This document shows, in pieces, positions 13,847 through 27,262 of a stretch of 64,000 nucleotides of DNA (position 1 is the stretch's first letter; each line of letters starts with the position of its first letter). The notes below the pieces were generated by a model that was given only the letters and a program-made list of their open reading frames with translations, was not told where the DNA came from and did not search any database. The translations under genes were made by a program, and so were the position numbers. This DNA comes from the human T2T-CHM13v2.0 reference genome, Homo sapiens. Location: assembly GCF_009914755.1 (NCBI RefSeq), contig NC_060929.1; one strand, written 5' to 3'.

Positions 13847-14553
13847 ATTATATATATATAATATATATAATTATATATTATATATATTATTTATTATATA
13901 TAGTTATATATTTATATATTATATTATATATATAATTTATATATAATAAAATATATATTTATATAATTTATATATTTATATAATTTATATATAATATAAT
14001 TATAATATATATAATATAATATAAATATAATTATACATAATATAATATAAATATAAATATAAATATATATAATATAATATAAATATAAATATAATTATAT
14101 ATAACATAATATACATTTATATAATTATATATAACATAATATATATTTATATAATTTATATATAATATATATAATATATTATATATTATAATATATAATA
14201 TATTATAATATATAATATATAATATATAAGTTATATATATTATAATATATATTTATATAATATATACATATATATTTATATAAAATATAATATATACATA
14301 TATATTTATATAAAATATAATATATACATATATATTTATATAAAATATAATATATACATATATTTATATAAAATATATATAAATATATAATATATATTAA
14401 ATATATATAATATATAATATGTATTTATATATTATATATTCATGTATACTATATATTATATATTCATATATATTTATATATTTATATATTCATATATATT
14501 TATATATTTATATATTATATATTCATATATATTTGTATATTTATATATATAAA
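13847..14553. repeat. About 700-bp TA-rich low-complexity tract with internal 30-bp tandem units
   Basis: Almost exclusively A/T. TATATACATATATATTTATATAAAATATAA repeated about 3.5x from 14261. Confidence 0.97.
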
Positions 14554-16054
14554 TCTCCTTTGGTTTGAAGTTACTCTAAATCAATAGTAAAGGCATATTT
14601 TAATTGATGCTGAAGTGGAGGAAAAATACTGAAGTTCTTCATATCAACAGGGGGAGAAGAAAATAGAAAATGAGTGTTAGAATTGGGAAATTGTTTACAC
14701 AAGTTATTTATTAAGAGTTTAGTCAGAAGTTTTATTAAATGAATAGGCTTTTGACTTACAAGAAGCGGTTCATGGTATTTGTGGTTTTACATATTCATTG
14801 GATCTCCTTCCTTTATGCAGCATTGGGGTTAATTCTTTTCCACAAAACAAGATAAGGGAAAGAAACGGGAAAGGCTTCCCCAGGGAATATCACCGCAGAG
14901 CCCAGTCGCCCCATGTGGCAGGACCTGTAGCAGGGACAGTGGTGTGATGTGGCTCCTGATAGGGTTTTCTGTTGGTAAAGCAAGGAATGCTTGTGGCTCA
15001 AGAGGCTGAAAAGGAGCATCCTACTCAGATTAATAGCTCTGGGACATAATTTCATCCACAGGAAACTGTTCTGGGAGAGAGGAAAGGAGGCCACGGAACA
15101 GCAAACCCAATCACTCCCCGGGGCCAGCAGAGGCCCTTCAGGTTCAGGTGGGGGTCACTGCCTGTAACCACTTTCCTTCACCTGTGCTGTGTTTGCTTCT
15201 GCTTCCAACAGACTTTGAAACTATAAAGACAAATCAGCTAGTCTTCCATCTTCTGGATTTAGCCACTTCCCATTATAAATGAAGGGATTTTCAGGCGGAA
15301 TGTAAGCCATGTTCCTCTCCTTATCTAAATTTTTTCTGCTGTGTGCTTGAGCCCCAGCAGGAGATCTATGCAGGACAATGATCTTATAAAGCAGACAATT
15401 CAGGGAAGAACAAGGAACATTATCTTCATTCGCATAAATGAGCTATTACCATATACCTAACCAGCAGGGAATACTGAAATGAGAGAAATAAAGGTAGGTT
15501 GAGTAAGAGATTCTGCACAGAGGAGAGGAGTTGCACAGGTGCTGAAGGATAAAGGAGAGTTTAGGTTATGGCAGGACCAGAGTTCCGGGAGGGCAGTAGA
15601 AGTATCGGGCTGTTCACTGCTCTATTGCTGTGTCTGGCACAAACTCAGTAGGTTGTTTTTAAATAAATGATAGATCCAAAGCACTGAGAATTTCCCAGTA
15701 GAAGCTTCAGGTTTAGGGTTCACTGAATTTTGAAAGAGATGAAATAATTCTGTTTCTGAATAAAATTTCAAGAGCAAGTATTAGGTGGTTTGCCAAAAAG
15801 TACATTTTATCTTGATAAACTCTAATGATATAAAGGAGGAAAAGAAAAGACTGTCATGATCATTTCCCAAGTAATCAATGTATATATAAGGATGAGTTGT
15901 TGAACTGCGAAATTACAAAATTTGGATATTAATGTTAAGAATGATACCCTTTTTTGACTTCAGTTATCATAAAATTGCAAGCAATTAATTTTAAAGAGGA
16001 AAAACTCTATGAGGACTTTGACACGGCTCAGGGACACTAAAAAATGACAGTTGT

Positions 16055-16343
16055 GGCCGGGTGCGGTGGTTCATATCTGTAATCCCAGCACTTTGGGAGG
16101 CTGAGGTGGGTGGATCACTTGAGTTCAAGACCAGCCTGACCAACATGGTGAAACCCCAACTCTACTAAAAATACCAAAAAAAAATTAGCTGAGCATGCTG
16201 GCGGATGCCTGTAATCCCAGTTACTCCAGAGGCTGAGGTGGGAGAATCATCTGAAGCCAGGAGGTGGAGGTTGCAGTGAACCGAGTTTGTGCCATTGCAC
16301 TCCAGCCTGGACGACACAGTGAGACTATGTCTCAAAAAAAAAA
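16055..16343 (+). mobile_element. Alu (AluS family)
   Basis: GGCCGGGTGCGGTGG start, A-tail. TSD AAAAATGACAGTTGT / AAAAATGACTGTTTT. 8-nt deletion in the left arm. Confidence 0.96.
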
Positions 16344-19300
16344 AAAAATGACTGTTTTAAAAATATGTCAACAGGAAGCCACATCCTTATGAATAACAAC
16401 CTGCCATTAAAAACATATTTAATATATTAAAAATCAAGCCACATATTAGAGTTTAAATTAAAAATGATTATTCATGCATGCTTTTAACCCTTCCCCTCAA
16501 CTGAACCCAGTAACACAGTCTGCAAGTAACCATTTAAACAGGTTTCCCATCTCCTCAGATGATGACCACTATAAATCTAAATCATCAAAAAATAAATTAA
16601 CATTTAATGCTGACATAGTAATATATTCTTACATATCTATACGATGATTGTCTCTTTTGAACACAAATAATTTCTCATACTAAAAGGGAGGGGGAGAAAG
16701 TGGATAAAAGGGAGGGGAAGAAAGTGTTCATTATATGTAAGAAACTTCTGGCATTTCAAACATTTATCCAGTGTGCTTGAGTACCGTGCCAAATAACTTA
16801 CAAATTACGGCTAAAATTAACTCTGATCTTTCTCAAATTGAGACTTTAACAAGGATCTAAACAAACATTATTATTCTGAGAAAGGAAGGGTCTAAGTGGC
16901 TCAAAATCTGGAGCTTTCTTGATTGACGAAAAAAAAATTACAAATCAATGTCTAGGAAATTTAAACTCGCAAAGGTACAAATTTAAATACCCCACATTCT
17001 CAGAGCCTTTATTTTTTCTTTTCGTTTCTTGGGCAGTAGCAATACATTCTGCAGAAATTCAGGACTGATATTATCCTTTAAAAGTAGCTGTCAAGAATTA
17101 CACTCCCATTTGTCAGCACCCGTCTTGGGGTGTCAGGCTGAAACCTGTGATCCATTCCCAATGAGATCCCATGGAATCCATGTCTGTCTGCTTTATGTGG
17201 TCAGTTGTTTCAGGTGGAGGCTGACATCCCCGATGGAACCTGGGGAACCTGAATCCCCGACGTTTGTGCTTCTGTGTCTGGGCTGACCTGGGCCCAGCAG
17301 CCTCCTCCTTGATATGATTCCCAGGTCCTCAGTGGGTCATGTGGCCTCCCCCATTGTTTCCCCTATTTCTGGATGCCCCAAATATCTTACTGTTCCAGCC
17401 ATATAATCTAGTAATTCACACAAAGTTATTGTTGTGTAGATCATTTGCAAAGGTCAGGGTGGGAACGAGTACTTCTTAGTGAATGTTGCTGTAGTTGGGT
17501 ATTTCCCATCCTTTCAGGTCTCATTTTTAATAGCACTAGAGCTGGAAATCAACCAAATTCTGGATGCAGAGTTTGTCTCAGAAGGTGAAGGAGGGTGGAG
17601 TGATAAAAGATTGGGCCTATGATGTACCAAGACACAATTTTTCCTCTTTGAAACTTTTTCTAAAACCTAGCTCTAGACACTTCTAGAAGTTCATGGGGTA
17701 AAACATGAAATTTGCTCGTAAGTTAGTCCAAAAGCCCATTCCCTCATCCTATTGAGAAAGGAGTTGAATTTCCTTCTCTGTAACACATATGTGGAAAAAG
17801 CAACTGTGCGTTCGGTCATCCATGTTCACTTTGCAGACACTTCTACTGGTATAAAGTGCGTGAGCCATTCATTCCTGTGATGAGGGCTTTGGCTGATTGA
17901 GATCAAATCTGGACATTCTATTTGCTCAGGTGGTGCTGGGCGGCATTTCAGGAGAGGGCTGTAGATCATAAGAAACTGAGGTTTTGTGTCATTAATTTGG
18001 ATTTAGAAGTGATTGGGAAAACGTCCTTCTCTGTTGGTTGTACTGCCTTCTGATGCTGCTAAAGCCAATAATTAATAACATTTTTCCTGAGCAAATTTGA
18101 TAAAACAATTACTAATGACTATTGGTTAGGGTTGACATTAAGATAAAGTAAAATAAAAAGAACAGAAAACCAGTAGTAATTATGGTCTTTGTTAAATTCC
18201 AGTGATCCAAAAGCAAGCAATAGATTTAGTAAGATCTTAACCTCAGTATGTGCAAAAGGCCTGTCCTAAAATGTAGAATAATAGTGATAGTAATAATAAT
18301 AATAACCTTTTATAATCCATGGAGACCATGAAATCACAAAGTTTGTCTTCTCGCCCTAAACTATATATTTGAGGATTTTGTGAAAACATATTATATGCCT
18401 TTTCTAAATGGAGATCTCACAGTTGTTTTGGTTATGGCTTCCAATTTAATATGAAGAAACATTTGCTTTGTTTTGTTGCTATAGGGTTTAACTTAGAGTG
18501 GGCAGTTTCTTAAATCCATCGAGAAGATTAGAGCGGGAAACAAATTTGGTTATGTTCCCCTTTAGGAGAAGAGGGCAGGCTGCAGTGAGAACTGGAGACA
18601 CTCACTCTTGAGTGGTCTGCATTCTCTACGCTGAAGGGAGAGCAGGTTTGATAACTGTGTCATGTTGCTGTGTAGAACAGGCTGCTCTCACATGAGACCT
18701 AGGCCACAGGAGAGAACCTGTCTAAAGAAATCCTACTGAACAGATACTGGTAGCCCTGGAGGGTGAAAATGTTGCATGAAAAGCATGATCCTTGAGTTAG
18801 ATTTTCTTAGTGCCAGGATCTCCCTGCAAGCCCCATCTCCACATTCAAATAATTCCTCATGTTCTTTTTCCTTTGGTTACTTCTTCCCCTCCACCCCTCA
18901 TCACCCTGATACTCACTCTCATACCTAGATCATTCCAAGTGTGCCTGAACCAAACCCAACTTGACTTGAATTCCTCCAGCTTCCCTCCCAGCCTCTTCCT
19001 TCCCTCTTCCCCACTTATCACCATTATCCAACCTGCTACAGTCAAATCAGAATTCCACTGCCACCACCACCCATCCTCCACATTTCCGAAACATGGAGGT
19101 TTTGCACTCCACATTTATAGTGGAGTATATTAATAGTCCTAATAGGGATTAAGGACTATGCATAGTACAGCTCCACCATTTATTTCTATCTTTCTCTCTA
19201 ACCCTGCACCAAATCTCTGCTTCAGGCTCATTGATTAACCTGTGGCCTTTCACATAGGCCAGGTGATTTTTATTAATCCTATTTTCTATTCCTTGGTGCC

Positions 19301-19599
19301 TTCTATTATTTTTTAACTTAATCTTATTCACACTTTGCAAGTCTATCCATCTTACAGAGCCCTGTTTTCCTAAGCCTTCTTCATCCTCCTCTTCTGAACT
19401 CTACATATTGTCTGTTCCATTAACTAGAATTTTTAATCATGCCCCTGAGTTTCCTTAGCTCCCATAGAACTAAGGATAGTCTTTTTTTTTTTTTTTTGTG
19501 CAACATTCAGTGGCCTCAGATTTGCCCTGGCCCAACCCGTGGCTTGGGTGATATGGTTCAATCTCTTCATCATCATCAACTTGTGCTGCACCTCATTAG

Positions 19600-19710
19600 C
19601 TCAGCACACATTTATTAGGCTCCTGTTACGGGACGGGAGCTCTACTAGGTGCTGGAGTTATAGAGTAAATAAAGCAGACATCCTGGTCCTGGAACACTCA
19701 TAGTATAGCA
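19600..19710 (-). mobile_element. L2 3' end fragment
   Basis: CACATTTATTAGGCTCCTG...CTCTACTAGGTGCTGGAG...AATAAAGCAGACA. Confidence 0.6.
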
Positions 19711-20280
19711 ATGACAATAGCGGCATGCATAGAAATAGACAAACATGCTCCAGTGAGGAAGCAACTGAGTGGAGCGTGCAGTGTGCTCAGATAATACATT
19801 TGGATGATCTGGTTTTAAATCCCTGCTCTCGCACTTATTATTTCTGTCTCACATACTACCTGTGTCCAGCTCCTCCCCTGTAAGAGGAAATTAACCATAG
19901 CTTTAGCATAGGAATATCATGAGAATGAACTTGATAATCTGACGCAGTCCTTGGTCCAGCACCTGGCATTGCAGACAAGCCCAGCAGCTGCTCCAGGTTG
20001 TTCTTGTCACTCAGCTGGGTCCCAGAGAAATGGCCTGGGGCTGCCTGGGACTTGGAAAGGAGGAAGGAGGTGTACCTCATGGGGGGGGAGGGAAGCTTTA
20101 GGGCAAAAAAGTGAGATTTTAAAACTTAGAAAATGCTTTTTTTCTATTATTCTGAGTACTTCTCCAGACTAAAAAAAAAAAAAAAAAATCAACTCCATGG
20201 AAGAATCTGATACAAAATATAAGAAATGGAAAATCATAAATTAAAATGTAGTTTCAGGGCATGCAATATATTTAGGCAGC

Positions 20281-21009
<729 letters not shown>

Positions 21010-23669
21010 GCAGCAGTGTCACAGCCCGGCTATATCATTTCGGGGACTTTTCCATATTCCTGTGTAATTCATCCTTAGAAATTTTAAGGAACAAACTTGG
21101 ATCACTCAGTCTATAGAACTTCCCGTAGTAGTTCAAAAAGCTACTCAACTCCTCCCCTCTACTTATCACAGGAAGACCACTATGTGGTGACATGGTGGAT
21201 ATCAAAGAGGAGCCCATCCTCCTGTGGCCAAGGGAATTGTGGGAAGTGAGGGAGAGGAGACATTGGTTCTGCTTCTCCCACCCCTAGCGAAGACCAGGCA
21301 AGGGACCCGTTCTCCCAACACTCCAATGAGGTGTGAGCCAAATATCCTCCCTGAAACCAGGACTTCTGCCAAAGACAGAATTTGGGGAGGGTCAGCTCCT
21401 GGAGAGACTGAGCAATTTCTGAGTGAGTTCATTAAATCCTTGATAAAATGAAGATTTAAGTTGCTTGGTCTCAAAAATGTTTTCCCATCCCCTAATGGCT
21501 AAGGGCTTAAAAAGATAAAGAGTTCTGTTTTGACTGGAATCCAGGGGTCAGGAGCGTGGCAGCCTCCATCACAGGGTCCTGCCAAGCTTGTGAATCCTCA
21601 GGCAGTGACAAGGACTTAAATGACCTACTGAGAGTCTGTGATTTGTGCACCCAAATGCTGAGCTGTATTTATTTTTATTTTATAACTTACTGACAACTGG
21701 ATGGTCTCCCTAAAGTGAAAACAGCCTCCTTTGCCATCTTGTCATGGTTTATTTCTTGTCCAATATTTTGTTTGATAGTTTTGTTTCAGACGTGATCTAT
21801 TAGGAAGGAGCCAGCATACCACAGCAGTTCAGGGACACAAATTATTGGAAGGAAAAAGAAGATCCACTCCGAAAGAAGATGAAAGGAAGGGAGAAGTTGA
21901 GGCAGTTCTGATTGTAGTCGTTTTCTAATGAATAAATCATGGCGGGTTCTGAAATACTGTTGTACCCACTGTTCTCAATGGGAAGGAACTAGGAGGAGAA
22001 AGCTTAGGGACAGAAACCAGGGGAGACATTCTGACGCAACAAGCACCCCACACTGGTGCTGCTGCAAGACCAGTTGAGAAAAAGTGCTGTGGGCGTATCA
22101 CTCAAGGATTTCCTACTAACGGCAGTGATGAAAAAAAACACCCTTTCATGAAACAGATTAGACTGCGATTGCTCAATGATTCTTAGGCTAAAGTGTGGCC
22201 TCCCGGGTACAAGGATGGCAGTCAATCACTGACTAACCACCAGGAAGAAGTGATGTGGGCTGGGCGCCCCCAAGCGCAGGCAAGAGAGGATGGAAGCCTG
22301 GACAACTGAAGACTGTCACCGCCACCTCCCTCAATCACCTTCCCCTCCAGCCTCGCTCATTTTTCCCTTGAGGAAAATCTACAACTTAAATTAGCTCATA
22401 TTTGGATCCAATATTCAGGGCAAAGGCAAGAGGCGCTTCATCGGCATAAATTAAAAATCTTTATCTGTCTTTCCAGAATTTTTCATCGTTTTAGGAACAA
22501 GAGGTGAATAAAATAAACAGTGATATTACTTTGGTCCATGTTTCTGAGGCAGTGTGGAGTTTAGATTATACTATGCTAATTTTAACATGGATCTATTATG
22601 TGGCAAAAATCAGAATTGTCCTTTTTCATTATTTTCAGTGTTAAGTGATTACTGTCTAAGCATTTAAAGATAAACATGGATTTTAAGAAATAGTAATTCT
22701 TTTTCTCTTTCATACCATGTCTGTTTTCTCAGTGATAAGCTGTGGATATAACTCTTTTCTTCAACGATGGTCGTAATGAATCAACAATGTTAATGCATGT
22801 GGAAGCATCCAGTGAAATGCTGGGCACCCATCAGCCCTTCCTCCCGGCCTCCATTTTTTTCTTTCCCTCTTTCTCTTCTCTTTCATTACTTTCTCTTAGG
22901 AAAAATAGTAAATAATCAAATGGCTCAAATAGTTTATCGCTGACGTTCTTTAAGATGTCCTAAACAAACAAAAACTCCACAGAAAGATGATTTTTTCTTT
23001 TTTGGTTAATTTTGTGGGAAGAGTCTCTAAGATCAAAGTACCTCTTTTCCTTGGCAGTCCTGGCTTACATATTCAAGAAATACAAATCTTCTCAGAGGCA
23101 GCAAAGTCTCTACGTAGCCTAATTACTGAGAGGAATAAAAACACTGAGCGATGCAATCCATGAGTGATATAAATTAATATACATTTAGTAGGTGGTTTTA
23201 GCACTCAAATGTAGGACCTTAAGGTGCTTAAGATCCTTTGCAAGGCTAACATTACAAGGTATGTGTATGTACCTAACCATAAATATGTCGGAAAAGATAA
23301 AAACAAAAAACTACATTTTTTCTTCTGTATCATTCAACTATTCTTGGTTAAATTCGAATCTGTTAAAAAGTGGTTTCGCATGACTCCTGTAGAATTTCAC
23401 ATACCTTCCACTTTAGCACTTTCATTTCTTCCTTATGTGACATATGTGCAGCTGATTTTGCCTCATTTTGGTCACGTTGTCTGAAGAAGGGTCTAAATAT
23501 ACACAGGGAATATTTCATAATTTAAATCCAGCCACTGGTTCCCAAACACACTTGGTCCAGGTATGTTTGCTTATTTATCATGCACAGTGTTTTTGATTTC
23601 TTAATCCAGTATTAAATGCAGAGACAATTCTGTCAGAAAATTTGGAGATCAAAACCAAAATATACTTTA

Positions 23670-24332
23670 TAAATATAGACATTTGATTTTCTATTACACA
23701 AGTAATACCTATAAAATTGCTTTGAAAAGAAATTGTGTAAAGAACTCTTAGAACTCAGTAAAAAAAAAAGGAAAAAAAAAGACCCATGTATAAATAGGCA
23801 AATATGTAAATAGGTATTTTCCAGTGAAGATATACAATAACCAATACGCACAGGAAAAGATGTATGACATCACTGGTCGTCAGGGAAATGCAAGTCAAAA
23901 TAGGAACGAGATGCTAGGTAATTTCCATTAAGATAGTTTCAGAAAACCAGAGAATAACAAGCATTGACAAGGATGTGGAGAAATTGGAGCCTTCATCCAC
24001 TGCTGGTGGATTTAAACAGAGAGAGTTACCATGAGACCCAGAAATTTCACTCCTTAATATATGCCTAGGATAAATTAAATGTATGTCCACACAAAAGCTT
24101 GGACCTGCATATTCTCATGAGCATTATTCACAAGAGCTAAAAAGTGGAAAGTATTGAAATAGCCATCAAGTGACGATAAATAAATGATAATAGATAATGA
24201 AATGTGGTATATTCATTCCACAGAGTATTATTCTGCAATAAAAAGATATGAAATCCTGTCCATGATACAACATGGATGATGGGCCCTGGAAACATCAAGC
24301 TGAGTGAAAGAAGCCAAAAGGAACAAGACATA
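23670..24332 (+). mobile_element. Old L1 (L1MB-like) ORF2-end/3' UTR fragment
   Basis: GAAGATATACAATAACCAAT, CAGGGAAATGCAAGTCAAAA, GGATGTGGAGAAATTGGAGCC, GCTGAGTGAAAGAAGCCA. Confidence 0.82.
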
Positions 24333-26211
24333 CTCCCTACACCATGGGTCTCATGCCTGTGGCATAATGGCTATGCGCTGGTCAGGGGTAGATTGGCATT
24401 GTTTATTAGTTTTTTACTTAACCATCATAATGAAGTACCACAGTAGAGAAGTTGGGAGAGAGCATTAGAATGCATAAAGACGCAATGGAAATAAGAGGAA
24501 ATAAGAGAAAGTCATTTTTATTTTAGGTCAATTGATCCTTTCATTAAGAAAGGATCAATTTTCTATTACACTTAATTTTAAGATTTCCTACAGTTATATT
24601 TACTTCTTATTTTCCTGGATTTTAAAAATGTTTTTCTTCTAAATTTATCTTTGTACATAAAATCTATAATGCTTGATTTTAATCCAAAAGCAATTAGGTT
24701 CATACATTTTCATGAAAATCATAATATAACTGTAAAATGACCAACTTACAGACATTTATGGACAGTCTGTCAGACCAGGTACAAGCTGTCTTTGTTAACT
24801 TTGGATACTAAGAAAAGGAACTTTCTGCAAGTATAAAGCTTCACATTTACATGGATACATGTGTATACAAGACATTTATATAAATCAAATTGAATGAACA
24901 GCCTGAAATGTGTTCTTAATAGCAGAAACAGAGTGAATTTAATTATTTCTTTTGGATTCCCTATAAGAAATTCATACAGGATGTGGTCAAGTCACCTTTA
25001 TCATGGTTAACAAAAAATTAAAGGGCTGCTCTCTGAAGTGTGGATCAAACTCAGGTGCACCAAATAATGAATTCTGGGCATCTCAGGACACAGCAATTCT
25101 GAGGGAAATCTACTGGATTCTCAAAAGCGTGTTGCATATCTCCATTCTACATTCAGCTTTTGCTTCCAAAGTTCTTCCACCTAGGACCTCAGTCTCTCAT
25201 TCTGAGCATAGATTCCAGCAGGGAATATGGCATAGATTCTAGCAGGGAATATGGCCTCTATTCCCTGGCATAATAAAGTATGCCCTGGCAGTTGTGTGCA
25301 GGGCCAGCTTCTACCCACCTGTGAGTTTTCAGGGATTTGTGAGCTGGTTGACATTATTGGTAGCTTGAAACGAGAGGCAGTAGGAGAATATTATACAACA
25401 CGGAAATTGGCAAGGACAATTTCACATAGAAGTTCCTCAGACAATGTTGAAGAAGCCTTTCCAGCTTGTTTCTGGGCCTCATGTACCTGCTTCTAAGAGA
25501 GGGAGACTTCTGAGTGACGACTTTCCATGCTTGCCTTTGGTCCTCTGGACTTGGCCTCTTTATAGATCTGGGGCCTCCGGAAGCTCCTTCCCAGAGTGTC
25601 TTTGGCTTATTCAGGGGTAGCCTCTCAGCTGAGGCTGTGGAGTCCTTCCTGTCACTTGTGCATAAATTTCCTTCCTTGTGAAATATAAGAAGGCCAGTGG
25701 CGGCCACACATCAGCTAGGATAGCATGAACAACGGCACAGGTGGTGTCCATAGCTCCCACTCCTGGATCCGTCTTCAGTTGGTGCCAAACTGAGAAGGGG
25801 AAGAAAGCATCCCCAAAGCCCCCCAAAGTTAACCCTCAAAGTATTTTAAGTCTTTGTATATACCCCATTTTCTCTTCACAGGTTTGTTAATAAAATGTTA
25901 AACTTACGTTGTAATTAACGTTCTCCCAAATCTACCAACTCCCCCACTAAACCTGCAAGTCCATAAACTCAAGTTTCCTTCTACTTCTTCTCCATTATAA
26001 ATATCATTTTAAAAACATTCTTCAAAAACTCAAAGGCCTTGTCTCCAGTTTTCTGAAATCTGTTGTTCACAACGTATAATTATTTTGTGTTACACTTTCA
26101 GGCATTTCCTTGGATCTGAATCATCCATCAGCATTGCTCAGAAATCACGTCCTTTCCTTTCATTCTGTCTCATACATTTTCCAGGTTCCACGTTTTGTAT
26201 GGGAGTCAGAG

Positions 26212-26651
26212 TGTGATAGTTAATTTTATGCATCAACTTGGCTAGACCAATGTGCCCACATACTTAGTCAAACATTATCTTGGAAAGGTGTTTTTTTTTT
26301 TTTTTTTCTGAAGGAGATTAACATTTAAATCAGTGGACTTTGAGTAAAGCACATTACTCTCCATAATGTGGGTGGGCATCGTCCAATCAGTTGAAGGCCT
26401 TTCCTGGAACAAAGACTGACCTCCCTGAGCAAGAAGAAATTCAGCCAGCAGAAGCCTTGAAACTCCAGCAACTCTTCCCTGGGTCTCCAGCCTGGCTGCT
26501 CCCCAAGATTTTGGACTCGCCAAGCCTCCACAATGACATAAGCCAATTCTTAAAATAAATCAATCCTATGTATCTCTCTCTCCCTCCCTCTCTCTTTCCC
26601 TCGCTTTTCATCCTGTTGGTTCTGTGTCTCTGGAGAACCATGAGTAACACA
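26212..26651 (+). mobile_element. MLT2 (ERVL) solo LTR
   Basis: TGTGATAGTTAATTTTATG start, AATGTGGGTGGGCATCGTCCAATCAGTTGAAGGCC, TGTCTCTGGAGAACC...TAACACA end. Confidence 0.88.
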
Positions 26652-26830
26652 CACAGATGCTAGCTTTTCTTCCCCTTGTCTCCTTTCTCTGTCTCCCTCA
26701 ATATATTTGGGACCCTCACTATACCACTTTCTCTCTGACCCCAGGAAGTAGCATTTCCCAGTGGGGAAGGTTTTAGAGAACCAGCCCCACATTCTCTTTG
26801 CCAGCTCAGGAACCAGGTTTCTGCAGCTCT

Positions 26831-27262
26831 TCCTCACACCTGCCTTCTTCTCACACCTGCCACATCCTCACACTGGCCCCCTCCTAGAACCTGTCCCCGG
26901 TACCTGCCCCTCTCCTTCTTCCTGATCCATCCTGGTTCCTTGCCCCCCTCCTCCCACCTGCCTCCCTCTTAACATTCACCCCTCCTCAAACCTGTCCCCT
27001 CCTGGCACCTGCCCCATTCCTCCAACCCAGCCCCTCCTAGAACCTGCTCCCTCCTCACCCTGCTCCCCTCCTCATACCTGCCCCATTCCTCCAACCCAGC
27101 CCCTCCTAGAACCTGCTCCCTCCTCACCCTGCTCCCCTCCTCATACCTGCCCCATTCCTTGCACCTGCACCTCTGCTCACACCTGCCCCCTCCTCATACC
27201 TGCCCTCTCCTCACACCTGTTGCTCAACTCTTAACTCCTCTCCCTCTCCTTTTATTCCCCTT
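26831..27262. repeat. C-rich degenerate minisatellite (about 17-bp CACCTGCCCCTCCTCA-like units) with a perfect 69-bp tandem duplication
   Basis: 69-bp period: ACCTGCCCCATTCCT at 27007, 27076 and 27145. Confidence 0.9.

Noticed and set aside
20171-20188. Isolated A18 run as a processed-pseudogene tail
   Set aside because: No upstream polyA signal, TSD or mRNA-like body seen.
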